A stretch of 63,715 nt of DNA, filler included, from Candidatus Desantisbacteria bacterium CG1_02_49_89 (GTDB lineage: Bacteria > Desantisbacteria > UBA1551): NCBI GenBank assembly GCA_001871075.1. It is 5 parts of 5 records of this genome, joined end to end, with 100 filler letters (N's around TTAATTAATTAA, not from the genome) between each part and the next. Parts side by side here need not be neighbours in the genome. Positions count along the whole stretch, not along the records: positions 57,108 to 63,715 come from MNUP01000144.1; 4 more parts are not named here. One strand, 5' to 3'. This document shows, piece by piece, positions 57,371 to 63,715 of this stretch (its first letter is position 1; every line of letters starts with the position of its first letter). The notes below the pieces were generated by a model. That model did not search any database and was not told the origin of the DNA. It saw only the letters and a list, made by a program, of their open reading frames with translations. Position numbers and translations under genes: made by a program.

Positions 57371-57976
57371 ATGAAAAAAGTATGTCTGGTGATTATAGGA
57401 ATGCTGCTGCTGGCGGGATGCGCTCCGCGCATGGCTGTCAAAAAGGACTACGACTTCTCAAAGGTCAGGCGCATAGCAGTGCTCGATTTTGAGGGGGAAG
57501 GTTCATCGGGCGTGGTGGACATGTTCATCCTGGACCTGATGAGGTCCGGGTTTGACGTTGTCGAGCGCAGCAGGATCAGCAGCGTGCTAAGGGAGCAGGA
57601 GCTGGGAGGAGCGGGCAGGCTGGACCCTGCGACCGTGAAGAACATAGGAAAGGTCCTGGGCGTTGACGCTCTCCTGGCCGGTTCTGTGAGCCAGTTCGTC
57701 CCGGCGCAGAAAAGGACCATTTATTTCGCGTTGGGCGACACCCCGGTCATAATACCGGGCCTGTACGTGGTGGACAAAGGTGACAACTACATTGTCTACG
57801 CCACGGACGCGGAGATAGGCATAGGCGCCAGGCTCATAGACGTGGAAACAGGCAGCGTTGTGTGGGCCGCGTCTGATTCGTACCGCGGCCTTTCCACTGA
57901 CACCGCTCTGCAGGGAGCGGTTGTGTCCCTTGTGGACGCGCTCAAAAGCGTCTTTCCTAAAGAGAAAAATAATTAA
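57371..57976 (+). CDS. CsgG/HfaB-family lipoprotein
   Basis: Lipobox LAGC; IAVLDF, FDVVERS.I..VL.EQ, IGKVLGVDA...GSV, ARLIDVETG.VVW. Confidence 0.85.
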   Translation: MKKVCLVIIGMLLLAGCAPRMAVKKDYDFSKVRRIAVLDFEGEGSSGVVDMFILDLMRSGFDVVERSRISSVLREQELGGAGRLDPATVKNIGKVLGVDALLAGSVSQFVPAQKRTIYFALGDTPVIIPGLYVVDKGDNYIVYATDAEIGIGARLIDVETGSVVWAASDSYRGLSTDTALQGAVVSLVDALKSVFPKEKNN

Positions 57977-58323
57977 CCACGGATCAACACAGTAAGACCT
58001 TTTTACAGTGATTTAAAGAGATTTAAAAGGTTTAGCCACGGATTTACACGGATTCAGTCGCTAAGAATTCGTAACTCAGGGCTTTTTGAAGACCCGCCAA
58101 TCTTTTAGGAGGGAGCCCCGTTATTTAAAACGACCCTAAAGGGTCTACTCCAAAAGGTTCTATTCCTTTACAATTTAGTCGACAGTCCACAATTTTCCTC
58201 TCCCTTGATGGGAGAGGATTGAGGTGAGGGTGATTGCGTAGGGGCGGGCTTGCCCGCCCTTTGTAGCGGTGCAATTTATCGCACTCATAATAATTCAGGA
58301 TTTAGTGTTTACTCCTTCAATTT

Positions 58324-58995
58324 ATGATTAAAAAAAGTATAATAATTTTATTGTTTTGCATTATTTTAACATCGCAGAAGACATATGCTTATTTTTTTGA
58401 TCTTTCACCCGGAGAGATCTACCATGGCTTATGCCTCCAAACAGGAGAGGATTTTCAAGAAGGTCAATTTACAATCACAGTTCCTTCTCCTTTTCAATAT
58501 TGGAGAACGAGCTATGCAACAATAAATGCAATTTTTGAAAAACATTTAACGGAAAGATTACGATATAGTATTGGAGTGAGTATAGAACCACTTTCCATAC
58601 TACCTATTCCATTTCCGGGTGCTGGTCTTTCTTGGGAATTGATTAGCGAGAAAGGATTAATCCCGGGAATTTCTTTCGGTATTCAAGGATGGTCAGTTGG
58701 TTCAATATCTGCTTCTGTCGGTATCGGGAAGACACTCCCTTTCAAAATATTCTTTTTCTTGCCGTCTGAGATCGTGGGAGAAGGAAGGGATTTTGTATAT
58801 GCTTCTGCTGATTATGGATATGCAAGTGATGGTTATCAAAATGGCATAGTTGGAAGATATTTAAATATTATAATAGGATATGATTTTAATATACTTAGAC
58901 ATGTTAATAACATAGCCAATTTAAATTTAAGAATATGTTTTGGCGTAGTAAATGAATTTGACTGGCCATTTTTTTCATTCAGCTGGGATGGTTAA
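58324..58995 (+). CDS. Hypothetical exported protein (AT-rich)
   Basis: Signal-peptide-like N-terminus; 223-aa ORF. Confidence 0.6.
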   Translation: MIKKSIIILLFCIILTSQKTYAYFFDLSPGEIYHGLCLQTGEDFQEGQFTITVPSPFQYWRTSYATINAIFEKHLTERLRYSIGVSIEPLSILPIPFPGAGLSWELISEKGLIPGISFGIQGWSVGSISASVGIGKTLPFKIFFFLPSEIVGEGRDFVYASADYGYASDGYQNGIVGRYLNIIIGYDFNILRHVNNIANLNLRICFGVVNEFDWPFFSFSWDG

Positions 58996-59161
58996 AAATA
59001 TGTCAAATCAGAAATTGTAAATTATCATTCTGAAGATCAAACTTATTTTGTTGGTATGAAATTTGTAGATCAAAAATAACCAAATCTTTTAACTTTATTA
59101 ATCGGAGTAATCGTCTTTTTGAAATCGGTGTAATCTGTTAAATGAAAGGAGAAGTTATAAA

Positions 59162-61897
59162 ATGGCAAAGAAGCAGGCGGGAAAGAAGTTCGTGTATTTC
59201 TTCGGGGGCGGCAGGGCTGACGGGAACGAGAGCATGAAAAACCTTCTCGGGGGCAAGGGGGCGAACCTTGCAGAGATGGCAGGGCATAAGAGCCTGAGGC
59301 TTCCTGTGCCGCCGGGTTTCACCATAACCACGGAAATCTGCACTTATTATTATGAGAACAGGAAATTATATCCTGCCGGCCTGAAAGAGCAGGCCCAGAA
59401 GGCGATGGAGAAGATCGAAGCCCTGATGGGCCGGAAGTTCGGCGACCCGGAAAATCCCCTGCTTGTTTCGGTGCGCTCAGGCGCGAGGAAATCTATGCCC
59501 GGGATGATGGAAACCGTGCTCAACGTCGGGCTTACGGAAAAAACGATCCCCGGGCTTGTGAAGCACAGCGGCAGCGAGCGTTTCGTTTACGACGCTTACA
59601 GGCGGCTTATCATGATGTATTCGGACGTTGTGATGGAGAAGGCAGGCGGGATAGAGCCGGAGGCTGACCGCGGCATCAGGAAGCAGCTTGAGGAAATAAT
59701 GGCTGAGATGAAATCTCAGAAAGGATATAAGACAGACACGGACCTTAAAGCGGCGGACCTGAAAGAGCTGTGCAACAAGTTCAAAGTAAGGATAAAGGAA
59801 CTCCTCGGCTCGGAATTCCCTGACGAGTCCCAGAAACAGCTGTGGGGAGGGATAGGTGCTGTTTTCTCTTCCTGGAACGGGAAGCGCGCTGTCAGTTACC
59901 GCAGGATAGAGGGCATCCCGGATGAATGGGGCACTGCAGTGAACGTGCAGACAATGGTTTTTGGCAACATGGGAACCGATTCCGCAACGGGCGTGGCGTT
60001 CACCAGGAACCCGGGCAACGGCGAGAATGATTTCTACGGCGAGTACCTTATAAACGCGCAGGGAGAGGATGTTGTCGCCGGCATCAGGACTCCGGCCCCG
60101 ATCAACGAGTATTCAACATCCGAACACAACAAGGACCTGAAGACCCTTGAAAAAGGGATGCCCAAACTTTATAATGAACTTTTTGAATACCAGAACCGCC
60201 TGGAAAGGCATTACCACGACATGCAGGATATTGAATTCACGATAGAAAAAGGCATTCTCTACATGCTGCAGTGCCGGGTCGGGAAAAGGAACGGGATGGC
60301 GGCTGTGAGAATGGCGATGGATATGGTGAAGGAAAAGCTTATTAATAAGGAAACCGCTGTGATAAGGGTCACACCTTCCCAGCTTGACGAGCTGCTCCAC
60401 CCGATAATTGACGCCAAAGTAGAAGCAGGGCAGAAGCCGGTAGCGAAAGGGCTTCCCGCTGGTCCGGGAGGCGCGTGCGGCCAGATAGTTTTTTCCGCGA
60501 AGGACGCGGTTGACTGGCAGAAACAGGGGAAAAAAGTTATACTTGTCAGGGAAGAGACGAATCCCGAGGATGTTGAGGGCATGCGCGCGGCTGAAGCGAT
60601 ACTCACTGCACGGGGCGGTATGACCTCCCACGCCGCGCTTGTGGCGCGCGGCTGGGGAAAGTGCTGCATAGTCGGGTGCAGCGGAATAGAAGTTGACTAC
60701 AGCAAAAAAGAGCTTTTGATCGCAGGGAAAACATATAAAGAAGGCGACTGGATAACGCTCAACGGCACCAAGGGCAATGTTTACGACAGCAAGCTGCCCA
60801 TGATCGACGCCACGGAGAACACGCTCCTTAACGATTTCCTGAAGATCTGCAAAACGCTCAAGAAACTCGGTGTGCGCACCAACGCTGACACGCCTGAGGA
60901 CGCTGCAAGGGCAAGGCAGTTCGGGGCTGAGGGCATAGGGCTTTTCAGGACAGAGCATATGTTCTACGGCAAGGGTGCTGATGAGCCGCTGTTCATTTTA
61001 AGGAAGATGATAGTTTCAAAAAGCCTGGAAGAGAGAAAAAAGGCGCTTACTGAGCTTTTCCCGTTCGTGAAAAAGGATATCAAGGGCACGCTTGAGGCGA
61101 TGGACGGCCTGCCTGTTGTTATACGTTTGCTAGACCCGCCTTTGCACGAGTTTGTCCCAAGGGATAAGTCAAAACTTGAGAAACTCGCGTCAGAACTGGG
61201 CATTACAATGGAAGAGCTTAGCAAAAGGGCTGAAGCTTTGCATGAATCCAACCCGATGATGGGCCACCGCGGAGTGCGGCTCGGCATAACCTATCCTGAG
61301 GTCACAGAAATGCAGGTGAGGGCAGTTTTTGAATCGGCAGCAGAACTGCTCAAGGAAGGCAAAAAACCATATCCTGAGATAATGGTCCCGGTGGTATGCG
61401 AAGTGAAAGAGATTGACAACCAGAAAAAGATCGCTGACGCGGTTTACGCCGAGGTGTGCGCGAAGTTCGGCCTTAAGAAAATGAAATGGATGTTCGGCAC
61501 GATGATAGAGATACCCAGGGCAGCGTTCGTCGCGGACGAGCTCGCGCAGCAGTCCGAGTTCTTCTCCTACGGCACAAACGATATGACCCAGATGGGATTC
61601 GGGTTTTCCAGGGATGACATCGGCGGGTTCCTGCCTGACTACCTGAAAAAGGGCATACTGCCCGGTGACCCGTTCCAGAGCCTTGACCAGAAAGGCATAG
61701 GGGAGATAATAAAGATCGGCATAGGGCTTGGCAGGAAGATCCGCAAAGACCTGGAAGTCGGCATATGCGGGGAGCACGGCGGGGACGCGGAATCAGTGAA
61801 GTTCTGCCACAGGGTCAAAATGAACTATGTCAGCTGCTCGCCTTTCAGGGTCCCGATAGCGACCCTTGCCGCTGCCCAGGCAGCCGTGAGCAAATAA
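59162..61897 (+). CDS. ppdK: Pyruvate, phosphate dikinase
   Basis: LLGGKGANLAEM, VSVRSGA..SMPGMM, GGMTSHAA (phospho-His), EGIGLFRTEHMF, GICGEHGGD. Confidence 0.97.
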   Translation: MAKKQAGKKFVYFFGGGRADGNESMKNLLGGKGANLAEMAGHKSLRLPVPPGFTITTEICTYYYENRKLYPAGLKEQAQKAMEKIEALMGRKFGDPENPLLVSVRSGARKSMPGMMETVLNVGLTEKTIPGLVKHSGSERFVYDAYRRLIMMYSDVVMEKAGGIEPEADRGIRKQLEEIMAEMKSQKGYKTDTDLKAADLKELCNKFKVRIKELLGSEFPDESQKQLWGGIGAVFSSWNGKRAVSYRRIEGIPDEWGTAVNVQTMVFGNMGTDSATGVAFTRNPGNGENDFYGEYLINAQGEDVVAGIRTPAPINEYSTSEHNKDLKTLEKGMPKLYNELFEYQNRLERHYHDMQDIEFTIEKGILYMLQCRVGKRNGMAAVRMAMDMVKEKLINKETAVIRVTPSQLDELLHPIIDAKVEAGQKPVAKGLPAGPGGACGQIVFSAKDAVDWQKQGKKVILVREETNPEDVEGMRAAEAILTARGGMTSHAALVARGWGKCCIVGCSGIEVDYSKKELLIAGKTYKEGDWITLNGTKGNVYDSKLPMIDATENTLLNDFLKICKTLKKLGVRTNADTPEDAARARQFGAEGIGLFRTEHMFYGKGADEPLFILRKMIVSKSLEERKKALTELFPFVKKDIKGTLEAMDGLPVVIRLLDPPLHEFVPRDKSKLEKLASELGITMEELSKRAEALHESNPMMGHRGVRLGITYPEVTEMQVRAVFESAAELLKEGKKPYPEIMVPVVCEVKEIDNQKKIADAVYAEVCAKFGLKKMKWMFGTMIEIPRAAFVADELAQQSEFFSYGTNDMTQMGFGFSRDDIGGFLPDYLKKGILPGDPFQSLDQKGIGEIIKIGIGLGRKIRKDLEVGICGEHGGDAESVKFCHRVKMNYVSCSPFRVPIATLAAAQAAVSK

Positions 61898-61929
61898 AAA
61901 GCGTATCAACGTGTCAGAGTAACGGCAAG

Positions 61930-61982
61930 GTAGCCGCAACCTTTAGGTTGCGTATATTTGTAGCGGCGCGATTTATCGCGCA
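61930..61982. repeat. Two GTAG-REP hairpins
   Basis: gtagccgcaacctttaggttgcg and gtagcggcgcgatttatcgcgc. Confidence 0.78.
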
Positions 61983-61996
61983 ATTGTAGCAGTTTC

Positions 61997-62025
61997 TTGA
62001 CTCTGTATTCAGAATATGATATACT
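61997..62025 (+). promoter_or_regulatory. Sigma70-type promoter of the MNT-HEPN operon
   Basis: TTGACT-N17-TATACT with extended TG. Confidence 0.65.
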
Positions 62026-62052
62026 AATGCTGCGGGGAGAAGGGGTAATTCT

Positions 62053-62379
62053 ATGACTGTCGCGGATATTCCTTTAAAAGAAAAAAATGCTATTCTTGGT
62101 TATAAAAACATTCTTTCTTCCAGGTTTCCGAATTACATAAAGAAGATAATATTGTTTGGTTCTTATGCAAAGGGCAAGTTTAACAGAAATTCGGATATTG
62201 ACCTGCTTATTCTTGTAAATAAACGCAAGAGAAAAATATGGAAGGAAATAGTGGGGTTGTCTTTTGATACCCTGTTAGAGCATAATGTCGATATTTCTCC
62301 GCTTGTGATGGAGGAAGAAAGATATGCGGGATGGTCTCCTCTTTTGGAACGGATCAAGAAAGAAGGAGTAGAGGTATGA
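62053..62379 (+). CDS. Minimal nucleotidyltransferase (MNT antitoxin)
   Basis: ILFGSYAKG....SDIDLLI. Confidence 0.92.
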   Translation: MTVADIPLKEKNAILGYKNILSSRFPNYIKKIILFGSYAKGKFNRNSDIDLLILVNKRKRKIWKEIVGLSFDTLLEHNVDISPLVMEEERYAGWSPLLERIKKEGVEV

Positions 62380-62765
62380 CGAAGAAAGATCTGCGGAAGT
62401 ATTTGGATCTCAGGTTAAGGCTTGCCGAGGACAAAATTGAATCCGCGAGGATCCTGCTGGATAACGAAAAATTCCGTGATTCAGTATCCCGTTCCTATTA
62501 TGCCATGTTTTATGCTGCCAGAGCGCTTCTTCTTTCAAAAGGTGAAGATGCGACTTCGCATAAAGGCGTGAAAATTCTTTTTGGGAAACACTTTGTAAAA
62601 GGTAAAATTATTGACAAAAGCTACGGTAGAATGCTTGCCGTGGTGCAAAAAGCCCGCACCGATGCGGATTATGAAGAGGATTTGGAGGTAACCAGGGAAG
62701 ATGCGGGAGAAGCTTTATCGGCAGCAGCAAGGTTCGTTAATAAAATCAAGGAATTATTAAAATAA
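62376..62765 (+). CDS. HEPN-domain protein (MNT partner)
   Basis: SRSYYAMFYAARALL, SHKGV..F..HFV, RTDADY; ATGA overlap. Confidence 0.92.
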   Translation: MTKKDLRKYLDLRLRLAEDKIESARILLDNEKFRDSVSRSYYAMFYAARALLLSKGEDATSHKGVKILFGKHFVKGKIIDKSYGRMLAVVQKARTDADYEEDLEVTREDAGEALSAAARFVNKIKELLK

Positions 62766-63453
62766 AGGAAGGATAGAAAAAAGATGTGATAAGCAGGCAG
62801 AACGGGGAAATAGAAAATGCCCGTTAGAAATGAAAGCATAGAAATATTCGGGGTATTTAATTATCTGAAGTGCCGTAAACAGGGCGCCGAAGGCCTATCC
62901 ACAAACCAAGGCGCCCTTCTTATTTCATAAGTATCAAAGTGTCCCGCCTTCGTAGATGCTCCGCCAACCTTAAACTTCCGCTATTCGCGGAAAGGTTGCG
63001 GATACTACGGCGGGCAGGCAGCGTGTCAAAGTAGGGGCTTGATTTATCAAGCCCGAGATATAGCTTGCCCTGCTGTGCCCGCCAATCTTTAAGGTGGGAA
63101 CCCGAACAGAGTGAGTGGTTTAGGGTAGCGGCATATGCCCCCGCGTTTAGTTCCGATTTTATTCGGAACTGCGTGGGGTGCGATTTATCGCACGTTTTGA
63201 CAAAAATGAAAAGTGAAATGTCAAGATAGCTTATCGCTTATCGTCAGATGCTAAATACTAGATGAAGGATTATTCCTTATTGATATATAAAGGGCGCGGG
63301 GTAGACTTCCGGCGCCTTTTTTTATCCCTTCCATTTACCGGTTTTTAAAAAAATTATAATCCCTATTTTTTTCTTGATCCCTGCTACTCCGATGTATAAT
63401 CGGAGTAAGCTGCCGGGGTCTTCGTCTCTAAGTTTGAGTTTAATGTTTTTTTT

Positions 63454-63545
63454 CTGTGCGGAAATAATCAAAAGTATACCTGGGGAACAATCAGAAGTAT
63501 ACCTATCTGGGGGAAATTGATTTAGGCTGGCTGGTTTAAAAATCA
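63454..63545. repeat. Imperfect inverted copy of 1-92
   Basis: See feature 1-92. Confidence 0.85.
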
Positions 63546-63555
63546 GGTAATAATC

Positions 63556-63605
63556 ACCCTCTCCTTTATCCTCTCCCCTCGAGGGAGAGGGGTAGGGTGA
63601 GGGGG
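63556..63605. repeat. CCTCTCCC..GGGAGAGG palindrome family (also 58196-58232)
   Basis: cctctcccctcgagggagaggggtagggtgagggg versus cctctcccttgatgggagaggattgaggtgagggtg. Confidence 0.72.
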
Positions 63606-63715
63606 GTGGGTACTCTCGAAGGCAGAATCTGGAAGGTAGGTCGATTTCCGGAGCAAGAAGTAACCGTGTGTCTTATCCCCAACAAAAAGATTATTGTGTT
63701 AAAAGATGAGCAGAA

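Noticed and set aside
3920-59135. Short tandem repeats as a possible CRISPR array
   Set aside because: Units are 7-9 nt with no unique spacers and no 23-47-nt repeats, and no cas genes are present.
1336-61989. Numerous antisense and alternate-frame ORFs in the track
   Set aside because: Shadows of well-supported genes with no recognisable motifs.
62053-62765. MNT-HEPN pair as a new system
   Set aside because: Well-known, widespread toxin-antitoxin-type module.

Overview
Scaffold from an anaerobic, probably diderm bacterium, likely a metagenome-derived candidate-phylum genome (inference; the lineage cannot be fixed from this window). Four 100-nt N gaps carry an artificial TTAATTAATTAA all-frame-stop linker (12983-13082, 42372-42471, 49755-49854, 57008-57107), so adjacency across them is unproven. 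Genes run on the minus strand up to about 13 kb and on the plus strand afterwards. Content: a non-PFL glycyl radical enzyme with its activase; purB, guaB3, gpsA, HU/IHF-merR; sugar catabolism genes (PfkB kinase, GH127-like, GH36, fucose/arabinose isomerase, polyol dehydrogenase, G1P dehydrogenase); several AT-rich defence-like cassettes; a surface-glycan locus; ppdK; and an MNT-HEPN pair. Two things stand out. (1) A stripped-down flagellar rotor cluster: an RBM3-only FliF, a duplicated mini-FliF tail, an intact FliG, a middle-domain-only FliM and FlbD. It has no export, rod, hook or filament genes and lies among a T9SS-like CTD protein, a PorV-like barrel and a TPR beta-barrel. (2) A dense population of nested palindromic elements, made of 7-mer and 9-mer tandem-repeat inverted arms plus GTAG-REP/REPINs. 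They fill most intergenic spaces, flank a four-helix-bundle gene, and have entered coding sequences and signal peptides. All product calls come from motif recognition by eye; no database searches were run.
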